A stretch of 64,000 nt of DNA from a virus (lineage: Duplodnaviria > Caudoviricetes): IMG/VR virus record IMGVR_UViG_3300028048_000130, positions 7,727 to 71,726 of that record; one strand, 5' to 3'. Numbering within the stretch: position 1 is the first letter of the stretch; each line of letters starts with the position of its first letter. This document shows positions 1-8,824 of the stretch, one piece after another. Made by a program: the position numbers and the translations under genes. The notes beneath the pieces were generated by a model. That model was not told the origin of the DNA, ran no database searches, and worked only from the letters and a program-made list of their open reading frames with translations.

Positions 1-1
1 T

Positions 2-541
2 GTTGATGCGAAGACGGGTGAACATTTTCCCGCGTATTACGTCTTCAATAATGAATATCATCTTCCGCCAGAAAAGTCAAGTCCTAGTGAAAAACCATGG
101 CCTTCTCTTAATGGAATTATTTATGATATTAAGGCTGGTAGTGGCAATGAAGATGAGATTAATTCTTACTTTGTTTCTCAAATTAATAATGGCTCATTAC
201 GACTATTGGCAGATGAAAAAATCGTACGAGATAAGTTATTAAAAACAAGAAAAGGCCAGAAAATGTCAATTTATGACCGAAGAGAATTCTTGTTACCATA
301 TGAGATGACTTCACGATTAATAGATGAATTAAATAATTTAAAATTAAAAACAACTGGAAATAAAAACGAATTTAAAATAGAACGAATTTCAAAGTCCATA
401 GAAAAGGACCGCTTTAGCTCAATTTCCTATGGACTATACAGAGTAAAATACTACGAAGAAAAATCGCAAAGAAAGAAAACATACAACGACTATTCACAAT
501 TCGCTTTCTTCACTTCCAAGAAAAGTAAGAAAGGAGGTTAA
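2..541 (+). CDS. Terminase large subunit, C-terminal part (5' end outside window)
   Basis: Frame +2 is open from base 2 (VDAKTGEHFPAYY...) through the listed 206..541 ORF; contains KDRFSSISYGLY, resembling the KDRxSAxxY nuclease-domain end of terminases; directly upstream of portal. Confidence 0.72.
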   Translation, partial: VDAKTGEHFPAYYVFNNEYHLPPEKSSPSEKPWPSLNGIIYDIKAGSGNEDEINSYFVSQINNGSLRLLADEKIVRDKLLKTRKGQKMSIYDRREFLLPYEMTSRLIDELNNLKLKTTGNKNEFKIERISKSIEKDRFSSISYGLYRVKYYEEKSQRKKTYNDYSQFAFFTSKKSKKGG

Positions 542-546
542 TAGAA

Positions 547-2127
547 TTGCCAGATAACAACACCGCCGCGAGTACTGTGCGCGACTTTTCCGCCTTTACT
601 CGTGCGGCCAACCAGAAAAGAAAAGTTCGTATACCGACTAGCGCGCAGGCCTACAGTAGATGGGGAACGCTATACCGCGGTCCCTTACTTCACGACGACG
701 ATTTTACTATTGACGAGATAAAGCGTATTCTGCGGTCTGGCGAAATATCCGCCTTACAACAACTTTCGCGCTATTTCTATAGAACGAATAATGTTTACAG
801 AAACAATATCGATTATCTTGCTCATCTTTCTCTTTATGAGAATATGGTAATACCAATCTATGAGGGCGGCAAAGGTTCACAAACGCAAATAACAAAAGCA
901 TTCTACAGCGCATGTGAATTCATTGAGAATTTGGATCTTGTCAATACGCTAACGCATGTAACTACTCAATGGCTAATTGACGGGGTATATAATGGATTAC
1001 TACGCGAAGGTACAGACGGCCGAGTTACGCTACATGATCTGCCGCGGGAGTACTGCCGCACGCGCTTCAAGGATCTCAACAATTTAAACATTCTTGAATT
1101 TAATATTCGTTATTTCAACACAATATCGGATGAGGACTTGCGACTTGAAGCACTATCAACTTTCCCGCTAGAAATTCAACAGGCATGGAAAGCTTGGAAT
1201 AACCCAAAAAGTAAGAACAAGGAGCTATGGGTTGCTGTTAGTGCGGCATCCGGGGGCGTATGTTTCGTTAATACAATTGATTCTTCTCCTCTTCTAGTAG
1301 CTAGTATACCAGAGTTAAAGAAAATGGATGATGCAACTGCACGGGAAGAGAAGCGTGATGATAATGAATTGTACAAACTTCTTATTCAGCGTCTCCCAAT
1401 TGGCAGTAATGGTGAACTTGTTTTCCAACTACCTGAGGCCGCGCAGATTCACGCCGGAACAGCCGACATGCTTGCTGACATTGACACGGTTGATGTGTTA
1501 ACAGTTTTTGGTGAAACATCATTGGAGAGTTTACAAGAAACTAGCTCTGCAACGCAAGCTAACGATCGTTTAGCAAAGTACCGTAAAAATGCTTGGGACG
1601 CACTTGGGCGCGGTAATATCCTATTCAATCCTGAGAATAGTTCAACACTTGCTTATCAGATCAAGAAGGACGAAGCCCTTATGATCTCGTATTTAAATGT
1701 GTATGAGACTTGGATTCGTTTTCTGCTAAATGAACGTTTTGCGCGAAAAGGAGTTACTTTCAACTTTGAAATTCTGCCTACTACTGTCTTTAACAGAAAT
1801 GATCTCCAATCGGCCTATTTCCGTGCGGCTCAGTATGGCTACTCCAAAATGATGGCAGGTGTAGCAATGGGCATGAAACAGCGTGAACTATTAAGCTTAA
1901 TGGATTTCGAAAACAACTTCTTGGATATGTCAGTAAAAATGGTTCCATTACAGTCTTCTTATACTACATCAAATTCTACAGATTCTCAACAAAAAAATAA
2001 TTCTGGCGCGCAAAAGATCGTAAAAACTTCGCAGTCCAATAACATAAATAATGAAGGCGGGCGTCCAGAATTGCCCGATGAGCAAAAATCTGAAAAAACG
2101 CAAGCAAATATTGCTGCGATGGGATAA
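547..2127 (+). CDS. Portal protein (SPbeta YonE-like position)
   Basis: 526 aa, TTG start after AGGAGG; position between terminase and scaffold; low-complexity C-terminal tail. Confidence 0.7.
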   Translation: MPDNNTAASTVRDFSAFTRAANQKRKVRIPTSAQAYSRWGTLYRGPLLHDDDFTIDEIKRILRSGEISALQQLSRYFYRTNNVYRNNIDYLAHLSLYENMVIPIYEGGKGSQTQITKAFYSACEFIENLDLVNTLTHVTTQWLIDGVYNGLLREGTDGRVTLHDLPREYCRTRFKDLNNLNILEFNIRYFNTISDEDLRLEALSTFPLEIQQAWKAWNNPKSKNKELWVAVSAASGGVCFVNTIDSSPLLVASIPELKKMDDATAREEKRDDNELYKLLIQRLPIGSNGELVFQLPEAAQIHAGTADMLADIDTVDVLTVFGETSLESLQETSSATQANDRLAKYRKNAWDALGRGNILFNPENSSTLAYQIKKDEALMISYLNVYETWIRFLLNERFARKGVTFNFEILPTTVFNRNDLQSAYFRAAQYGYSKMMAGVAMGMKQRELLSLMDFENNFLDMSVKMVPLQSSYTTSNSTDSQQKNNSGAQKIVKTSQSNNINNEGGRPELPDEQKSEKTQANIAAMG

Positions 2128-2139
2128 TGAGGAGATAAA

Positions 2140-3366
2140 ATGGAAAAGCAAATACCAATTTATTTTTCCAGCGTCATCTTAAATTCTCCGGCTCAAGATA
2201 TTACTCTTGGGGAATTTACTGGTAGCCATTTAAAAGTTGGCACTTTTTCTAAATATGGAAACCGTAACGGCTCCTATATAACGGATGAAATTGCTGAACA
2301 ACTAATTAAAAGCGCCACTTCTGGCGATACTCCAGTGGTAGGTTTTTTCGACGCTAGTAATCAAAAATGGGCTAGTCATACTGGCCCCGCAATTGCTAGT
2401 GCATATGGCTATGTTGAAAGCTTTGAAGGATGGATGCCCTTACAAGATGATGATGGAGTTACTAGAGATTACGCTGTTTTCAACGTAACACTTTTCACCA
2501 AATACTTTTCTGAAGCAAGCAAAATACTTGGTTCAAATCAAAGTATGGAGCTTGATACTTCTTCAATTATAGGACATTGGCAGATGTTTGGTGATAAAGA
2601 ATATTATGTTTATGAATCTGCAAAAATCATGGGATTATGTGTAATTGGCTCACATGAACCATGCTTTTCGGCTTCATCTTTTTTCTCGAAACAAGATGAA
2701 ACGTATAAAAAACAATTTGAAGAATTCTCTTCGCTTTTGAATGAATTAAAAACGCAAGTAGAAGAGATGAAAAATACAAAGGGAGGAGAATTACCTATGG
2801 ATCCCGTCAATAACAATCCTACCCCGGTACAGGAACCAACACCTGCACCAACCGTAGACCAGGCCGCGTTTGATCTTCTACAATCTAAATACGATGCGGT
2901 CCAAGCCGATCTTGCGAAAGCGCAAGCTGACTTTGAACAAGCCAACGCTAACCTAGAGCAAGCTAACGCTAATCTCGCGCAAGTACAAACCAATTTTGAA
3001 GCAGCGCAAGCCCGTGTTACAGAACTAGAAGCTTTTCAGGCTAATGCTGAAACAGAGCTTCAGTCTCTACGTGAACAAAATGCTTCACTACAAGCTTCTG
3101 TAACTAATTATGAAGCGATTATGGCTGAAAATGAAAATAATCGTAAAAATTCACTAGTTGATCAGTACGCAAAAATTTTGGATGCGGAAGAAATTGAAGA
3201 TATTCGTGGCAAGGTAAGCGACTTTTCTTATGATGAACTAAAAAGCAAATTGGCTATTACTTTTGCTGAAAAGCAATTCGCTAATAAGAATGAAGAGAAA
3301 GTACCACTACCAGACCCATCCAAATCTCAATTTGCTTTACTAATGGAAAAATATCGTAAAAACTAA
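2140..3366 (+). CDS. Prohead protease / scaffold fusion (YonD-like position)
   Basis: N-terminal beta-rich domain with SMEL and GLCVIG motifs; Pro-rich linker then long A/Q/E/N coiled coil; position before decoration and capsid genes. Confidence 0.62.
   Translation: MEKQIPIYFSSVILNSPAQDITLGEFTGSHLKVGTFSKYGNRNGSYITDEIAEQLIKSATSGDTPVVGFFDASNQKWASHTGPAIASAYGYVESFEGWMPLQDDDGVTRDYAVFNVTLFTKYFSEASKILGSNQSMELDTSSIIGHWQMFGDKEYYVYESAKIMGLCVIGSHEPCFSASSFFSKQDETYKKQFEEFSSLLNELKTQVEEMKNTKGGELPMDPVNNNPTPVQEPTPAPTVDQAAFDLLQSKYDAVQADLAKAQADFEQANANLEQANANLAQVQTNFEAAQARVTELEAFQANAETELQSLREQNASLQASVTNYEAIMAENENNRKNSLVDQYAKILDAEEIEDIRGKVSDFSYDELKSKLAITFAEKQFANKNEEKVPLPDPSKSQFALLMEKYRKN
2935..2976 (+). repeat. 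21-bp tandem repeat encoding heptad EQANANL x2 in the scaffold coiled coil
   Basis: gaacaagccaacgctaaccta / gagcaagctaacgctaatctc, followed by a degenerate third unit. Confidence 0.7.
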
Positions 3367-3381
3367 GGAGGAGACTAAGTT

Positions 3382-3957
3382 ATGGCTCTCAAAAGATTCC
3401 CACTCGAAGCTTATTCTAGCCTAGAGTTAAATCAGGTAGCCTTCCCTAAGCACGGTTTAGTCGTTTCTCAAACCCCTCTAGGAGAAGAGTTTACCGCGGC
3501 AGCTCCATGCGAAAATGGCATGTGGGTACTTGCTGACAAAGCTCGCGGATTTATTGGTTCTGCTGAAGATCCTGCGGACGCGCCTATTGGTGTTGTTTAT
3601 ACGACCGAAAAAGAATACGACATCTTCCATGTCGGTCTCAAGACTTTCGGCCGCAAGATTAAAGGTGATTATCCCCGTGTTGGCATTATGCAGCCCGGCG
3701 ATACCATGACTACGAACTGCCTACAGTATGATGACGAGGAATTCCCAGATGAGGAAGACGCCGCGGAGGCCAGTGGTCTTTACGCTGCTCTGGAAAAAAT
3801 TGATGAAACTCCAGTTTATGTTGTTCTAGTTGCTAATAGCCCAGTTCCGAAGCTAACCCTAACTAAGCCAGCATCTGGTATCTATGCTAAGGTTACTAAG
3901 TTCTATACCGTACCAAACGGTGAAAAGGGCGTTAAATATCAAATTATTCGAGTATAA
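3382..3957 (+). CDS. Head decoration / cement protein (YonC-like position)
   Basis: 191 aa between scaffold and capsid; strong RBS GGAGGAG; codon bias like the capsid gene. Confidence 0.55.
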   Translation: MALKRFPLEAYSSLELNQVAFPKHGLVVSQTPLGEEFTAAAPCENGMWVLADKARGFIGSAEDPADAPIGVVYTTEKEYDIFHVGLKTFGRKIKGDYPRVGIMQPGDTMTTNCLQYDDEEFPDEEDAAEASGLYAALEKIDETPVYVVLVANSPVPKLTLTKPASGIYAKVTKFYTVPNGEKGVKYQIIRV

Positions 3958-3975
3958 GAGGGGAGGCACGAACAT

Positions 3976-5055
3976 ATGAATATGGAAAATTTACGCGTCC
4001 TAATGGACGGTGCATTTGGTCGTAGAGTCCCCGCCAACTTCGCGGCTGAAGACTATGATTACAATGCCGCTCTACATGATGAGCTAGTTAAGCTCCTATG
4101 CGATAAGAATGGTAGGTTCAATCGTTATCAATATGATCGCAACCGCATTGATCTCTTTGAACTTCTTTCTCAGAATCTAGATGAAGTTCTACCAGTATCT
4201 ATTCGTGATGCTCTTGGCCTATTTACTGAGATTATTCGTATTCCTCAAGGATCTCGCCTTGAGTTCCGTGTAACTCGCGGTAAACAGCGTGGTAAGCAGT
4301 TTGTTACCCGCGCGACCGAGTCTGGTAACTATGAAGCCTTTAGGCTTGATCGTGACCGTTTTGACCTATATCCTGTCGCGATCGGTGGTGCCGGTACTGT
4401 TGACTTCGAACGCTATCTTGACGGCGCTGAGAGTATTCAGGACATCTACGATGTTCTAGAAGAAGGTTTCCTAGACCGTATCTTTGAAATGGTTCAGGAC
4501 GCTCTACTTCAAACTTGGAATCTTGCCGGACGTCCTGCTCGTAACAAAGTTGTTACGAATACCTTTGATGCTAAAGCAATGCAGGGTCTTTGCAATACGG
4601 TAAAGCCTTATGGCGATCCAATCATCTATTGCTCTGCACTCTTTGCCGCAGAAATGGTTAATGCTATTACTTACAACTCCACGACAAAGATTTCTGATCA
4701 GGATATGCTAGAACTACGCGATCGTGGATATATTGGTAAGTTCTATGGCACACCTGTTGTAGTTATGCCACAGTCTTTCACTGACGAGACTAATACTAAG
4801 TTCACTGTCAATCCTTCTTTCGCCTTTGTAATGCCCGCTGGCCGTGAGAAGATCGTTAAGCTCGGTTTTGAAGGCTCAACTTACGTTCGCGAATGGAACG
4901 ATCACGAAGGTGACAACAGCATTGGTATTCAGGCCTATGCTAAGGTTGGCGTTGCTGTCGTTGGAACTCCTAACTATTGGGGCATCTATTACAATAAGGG
5001 TATTGATGCCGGCGGATGGGAAGACTACAACAAAGAGCTTGTTAAAGACGAGTAA
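3976..5055 (+). CDS. Major capsid protein
   Basis: 359 aa, RBS GGGAGG, position, strongly biased codons, GKFYGTPVVVM segment typical of HK97-fold P-domain, followed by a hairpin. Confidence 0.78.
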   Translation: MNMENLRVLMDGAFGRRVPANFAAEDYDYNAALHDELVKLLCDKNGRFNRYQYDRNRIDLFELLSQNLDEVLPVSIRDALGLFTEIIRIPQGSRLEFRVTRGKQRGKQFVTRATESGNYEAFRLDRDRFDLYPVAIGGAGTVDFERYLDGAESIQDIYDVLEEGFLDRIFEMVQDALLQTWNLAGRPARNKVVTNTFDAKAMQGLCNTVKPYGDPIIYCSALFAAEMVNAITYNSTTKISDQDMLELRDRGYIGKFYGTPVVVMPQSFTDETNTKFTVNPSFAFVMPAGREKIVKLGFEGSTYVREWNDHEGDNSIGIQAYAKVGVAVVGTPNYWGIYYNKGIDAGGWEDYNKELVKDE

Positions 5056-5070
5056 TTGATTATCAGTTTT

Positions 5071-5093
5071 GGGAGCGAGAATGTCTCGCTTCC
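5071..5093 (+). terminator. Stem-loop after capsid gene (attenuator or weak terminator)
   Basis: GGGAGCGAGA-ATG-TCTCGCTTCC 10-bp stem with one G-U; U-tract is displaced (aagacttttctt). Confidence 0.5.
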
Positions 5094-5122
5094 AAGACTT
5101 TCTTGGAGGTAAAAGGAGAATT

Positions 5123-5563
5123 ATGGTTACTATTAAAAATATTAGCAATGCAATGGTTTACATTGTTTTTCCTGATTTAAAAATCCATCGTCAGTTGCGG
5201 CCAAACCAAAGTTTTGGTGTTACTGCTGAGGATTATGACCAGATGGTTTATGATCCGGGCTTTTCTTCAATGATGGATGAGCATTATATTTCTGTTAAGG
5301 CAGATGCCACGGACAAACCAAAGAATGCAATTCCGGATAGTAAAATCTATGATGTGGACACTATCGTAAAGATGTATGAAACGAAAGATTACACTAATTT
5401 CACCAAGTTCATTCGTATGGCTGCGCCCGCTGAAAAGGACATCGCAGTACAGAAAGCCATTGATATGAAGATTACAGACAACGCTTTTGTTAAACTTATT
5501 AAAGATTATTGCGACGTTGATGTAATTAATAGTATCAATATTGAACATCAATTACAATCCTAA
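5123..5563 (+). CDS. Hypothetical head-region protein (YonA-like position)
   Basis: Start moved to ATG 5123 behind AAGGAG; the listed 5069 start lies in the terminator stem. Confidence 0.55.
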   Translation: MVTIKNISNAMVYIVFPDLKIHRQLRPNQSFGVTAEDYDQMVYDPGFSSMMDEHYISVKADATDKPKNAIPDSKIYDVDTIVKMYETKDYTNFTKFIRMAAPAEKDIAVQKAIDMKITDNAFVKLIKDYCDVDVINSINIEHQLQS

Positions 5564-6076
5564 ATGGCCACTTCTTTCACAAAAGTTTATGACGCTTTCT
5601 TGGGGCGCATAAACGCGGATGATTGGACAACTGAAGAAGAATATGCCATTGTCGAGCGGGATTGGCAAGAACTTTTAAAGGCGGCAATCGGCCGTTTCAA
5701 ATATCCAAGAATCGCGTTGGATTATGAAGAAATACCAACCGAAGAGCAAGATGAAGATACCGTTCCTGATAAACTTCCTATTCCTTTTACTAGGTATCAG
5801 TTTGTTAAAGATCTAACAAATTCTGAAATCCAAGTCCTTGCAGTACTGATGAAACACGAATGGATTAAAAGATGTATTGCTACTTATGATCACATAAAAA
5901 CATTATATACGGATAAGGATTTTAGTGAAGCAAATCTATTAGATAAGCTAAATAAAATGGAGGCTAGTGTTCTCGCAGAAACTGTTAGCGCAATGGATGA
6001 TTACGACAAAGCAAGCAAACATACTCCAGATCCTTTATTCCGAAGATTGGCAGGTAAGAAAAATGCTCTCAAATGA
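5564..6076 (+). CDS. Putative head-tail adaptor
   Basis: 170 aa, helical, position after capsid; abuts previous stop (TAAATG). Confidence 0.5.
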   Translation: MATSFTKVYDAFLGRINADDWTTEEEYAIVERDWQELLKAAIGRFKYPRIALDYEEIPTEEQDEDTVPDKLPIPFTRYQFVKDLTNSEIQVLAVLMKHEWIKRCIATYDHIKTLYTDKDFSEANLLDKLNKMEASVLAETVSAMDDYDKASKHTPDPLFRRLAGKKNALK

Positions 6077-6344
6077 AGTTGAAACATTTGATGCCTATAA
6101 GAATAAGCTAAAGGGTCGCTTATATAGTTTACTTTGCGAGCGTGAAAAAGGCGGAAAGTGGGAAGCCTTCTTAGATTCATTAATTATCGAAGTAAAAGGA
6201 TTGGGCGCCAACTCTATAAATTGGTGGCCTTTTATTGGGAAGCTACAAATGATGCATTATCTCTCATATGAGTGGTTTAGGAAAACAGTCTTTGATTGTA
6301 TTAATTTAGTTTCTGGACTGGAAGTACCAGATGAATTATCGTGA
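6063..6344 (+). CDS. Small hypothetical virion-module protein (YomY-like position)
   Basis: ATG 6063 overlapping the end of the previous gene; MLSNEVETF...; in frame with listed 5967..6344. Confidence 0.5.
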   Translation: MLSNEVETFDAYKNKLKGRLYSLLCEREKGGKWEAFLDSLIIEVKGLGANSINWWPFIGKLQMMHYLSYEWFRKTVFDCINLVSGLEVPDELS

Positions 6345-7527
6345 CGTTTATTTTCGCAGAATAAATCACTTAGGGGAAAATGTACAGGAACGAGTTAAGA
6401 ATGACGGAATTCGTACTTTTGAAAAATGGCTTGTTAATTCACCTCATACAGTACGGAATTTGTCGGTTGAGCGAGGTATTCATTTTGATGGTATTCTACT
6501 TACTAGCAAAGATAAGGAATACCAGAAAATTTTATTTTTAAATGTAGCAAATAATGTTCCACTTGTAGTCGGAGATATTATGACTTGGATACAAGACGAT
6601 GGTTCCGAAGAGAAGTGGATATTGTTTCAAGAGAAAAAGAAAGTTAACGGGTCATATAGAGTATTCTGGATGGTCAGATGCAACTATCTTTTAAAGTGGG
6701 TAGATAAGCAAGGCCATTTACAGCAATCTTGGAGCTATGTGGTCAGTTCTGTTGATGATAAGATAAAGGGTAATTTTAGGACATGGCACGCACTTATCAC
6801 ACCTCAGCCAAACAAGTACGCAGAAATTCTAATGCCGCGTTATTCCATTGAAAGGGCAACAAACTTCATTGTGGAGGACGAATCTTGGACGGTCGTAGAA
6901 TACGATCATACTAGCGTTCCCGGCATAATTTACTTATCATTAACTGAAAACAAAGTTAACATGGTTTATGACGATTTGGAGAACAATATTGCAGATACAG
7001 ATAGGATAGCGAAATATGAGTTGCTTACGCCGGAAGAAGTACAAACGTATGAAGTTGGCGAAGAGATTAAGCCGCTATTTACTGTTACGAAAAATGGGAC
7101 ACCAATTGAACTAGAAGTTAATCTATTATCGACCGATAAGAAAATTGCAAAAACAATTGATGGTAAACTGATCGCGCAAAAAGCTGGCGAGACATCAATT
7201 ATAATACAACTTATAAATGATGCAAAGGTTTGTAAAAAGATTAATATAAAAGTAGTAGATAAAAAGGAAGAAGAGATTCTTGCCTATATTGACGGTTCTG
7301 CTACTATTATGCTCGACCGCGCGAAAACTTATAAGCTTTCTGGCAATATCGATTTTTCCGATGTTACTTTCTCATTGGACACTAATTTGGCGAAAATTGT
7401 AAAAATCGAATCGAATTCTTGTACCGTTCAAGCGAATGCTAAAAATGAATTGGGAACTTTTACTTTAACGGCTACGTATGGCGGCAAAACCTATACAAAA
7501 GAAATTAAAGTAATTCCGCTATGGTAG
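6331..7527 (+). CDS. Putative head-closure protein with C-terminal Ig-like domains
   Basis: N-terminal CNYLLKW segment; C-terminal LLSTDKKIAKTIDGKLIAQKAGETSIII resembles Big_2 Ig-like repeats; position. Confidence 0.52.
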   Translation: MNYRDVYFRRINHLGENVQERVKNDGIRTFEKWLVNSPHTVRNLSVERGIHFDGILLTSKDKEYQKILFLNVANNVPLVVGDIMTWIQDDGSEEKWILFQEKKKVNGSYRVFWMVRCNYLLKWVDKQGHLQQSWSYVVSSVDDKIKGNFRTWHALITPQPNKYAEILMPRYSIERATNFIVEDESWTVVEYDHTSVPGIIYLSLTENKVNMVYDDLENNIADTDRIAKYELLTPEEVQTYEVGEEIKPLFTVTKNGTPIELEVNLLSTDKKIAKTIDGKLIAQKAGETSIIIQLINDAKVCKKINIKVVDKKEEEILAYIDGSATIMLDRAKTYKLSGNIDFSDVTFSLDTNLAKIVKIESNSCTVQANAKNELGTFTLTATYGGKTYTKEIKVIPLW

Positions 7528-7536
7528 GTGTAAAAT

Positions 7537-8040
7537 ATGGCAAGTGATCAAACACAACGTAGGTTTGCGGTTCTGGGAACTAACACTTTTAGAATAGCTA
7601 ATAGCTTAATGAAAAATCAAAAAATTTGCCGCCTACTGAAATATCAATCAAGAGACGCATTAGATCCTGCTGCGCACCCAGATGTTGACGGAGCAGACCT
7701 AATTAATAAACAAATTTTAATCGTTCCTAAAATTTACGATGATAGTACAGAAAAGATGTCCTACATCACTGCTATCTTTGACGATTACGTAGTTAACGTA
7801 TTTAATCCCGAATTTAAAACTTGTACAGTACGTTTCGATGTTGCATGTCCATATGATGAATGGGCGCTAGATGGAAAAACAATGCGGCCTTATATGATTA
7901 TGCAAGAAATCGACACAATGTTTAACGAAGAAAAGTTGGCTGGTATTGGGACTCTACAATTTTATCGCGCGGATACTCTTACGCTTACCCCTTGGATTGG
8001 CGGCTATTCGTTGAGGTATAAAATTAATGAATTTAACTGA
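7537..8040 (+). CDS. Putative tail terminator / neck protein
   Basis: 167 aa alpha/beta, two genes upstream of tail tube; RBS AGGTG. Confidence 0.45.
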   Translation: MASDQTQRRFAVLGTNTFRIANSLMKNQKICRLLKYQSRDALDPAAHPDVDGADLINKQILIVPKIYDDSTEKMSYITAIFDDYVVNVFNPEFKTCTVRFDVACPYDEWALDGKTMRPYMIMQEIDTMFNEEKLAGIGTLQFYRADTLTLTPWIGGYSLRYKINEFN

Positions 8041-8800
8041 TGATGAAATTTTAAAGTTTCAAAAAGGAACGCCAATTTTCTTAGACGATATTTGTGCAAT
8101 CTATACGCCTACAATTGGAGAAATCGTTGATATTGGTTATAGTAAATTTCAGCAATACCTTAGTGTCCTTACGTCAGAAAAACCTGAAATAAAAAATGAA
8201 GATCCAGCATTAACCAAAATTCTAGATGGATTAACAGACTTTACATATATAATTATGTTTTCTTCTATAGACTTAGAATTGAATAGTTTATTGAAGGAAG
8301 CATTTCGTTTCTTTACTCATGAGGATGTAATTTTTTCGTTGGAGCCAGCGCAAATTATAGTTGGGCCGCTACAAGAAAAACACATTCTTACTGAGGAACG
8401 ATATTATGATTTGCAAAAAATTTTGCGAAGAATGTGTTTCCTCGAACAAGAAGGGGAAGAAATAATTATAAATGCTGATGATTCTCCCGCGGTAAAGAAA
8501 CTGAAAAAGCAAATGCGCGCGAATCGAGAAAGAGTGCGTATAGCCAAAGCAAAGAAGGCCGCGAAGGAAAAGTCAGATTTAAAATTTTCTGACCTAATTG
8601 GTAGCCTAGCCGTGAACGGCTGTGGTTTGAATATGGAAAACATTTACAATATTACTTATTATGCTTTTCATGATCAACTTAAACGTATGGGTTGGCGTGA
8701 TCAGTTTAATATAAACAATCAAGCCGCACTAGCTGGGGCTAAATTAAAGAAGAATCAATTGAAGCATTGGATGCGTTCAATTGCTAGTTCTGAAAAATAG
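8027..8800 (+). CDS. Putative tail assembly chaperone-like protein (YomV-like position)
   Basis: 257 aa with basic coiled-coil stretch; directly precedes tail tube. Confidence 0.42.
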   Translation: MNLTDDEILKFQKGTPIFLDDICAIYTPTIGEIVDIGYSKFQQYLSVLTSEKPEIKNEDPALTKILDGLTDFTYIIMFSSIDLELNSLLKEAFRFFTHEDVIFSLEPAQIIVGPLQEKHILTEERYYDLQKILRRMCFLEQEGEEIIINADDSPAVKKLKKQMRANRERVRIAKAKKAAKEKSDLKFSDLIGSLAVNGCGLNMENIYNITYYAFHDQLKRMGWRDQFNINNQAALAGAKLKKNQLKHWMRSIASSEK

Positions 8801-8824
8801 TTATTTTATTGGAGGTAACTTTAA

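Noticed and set aside
3-242. Listed 79-aa ORF
   Set aside because: Shadow of the terminase frame (+2), which is open from base 2.
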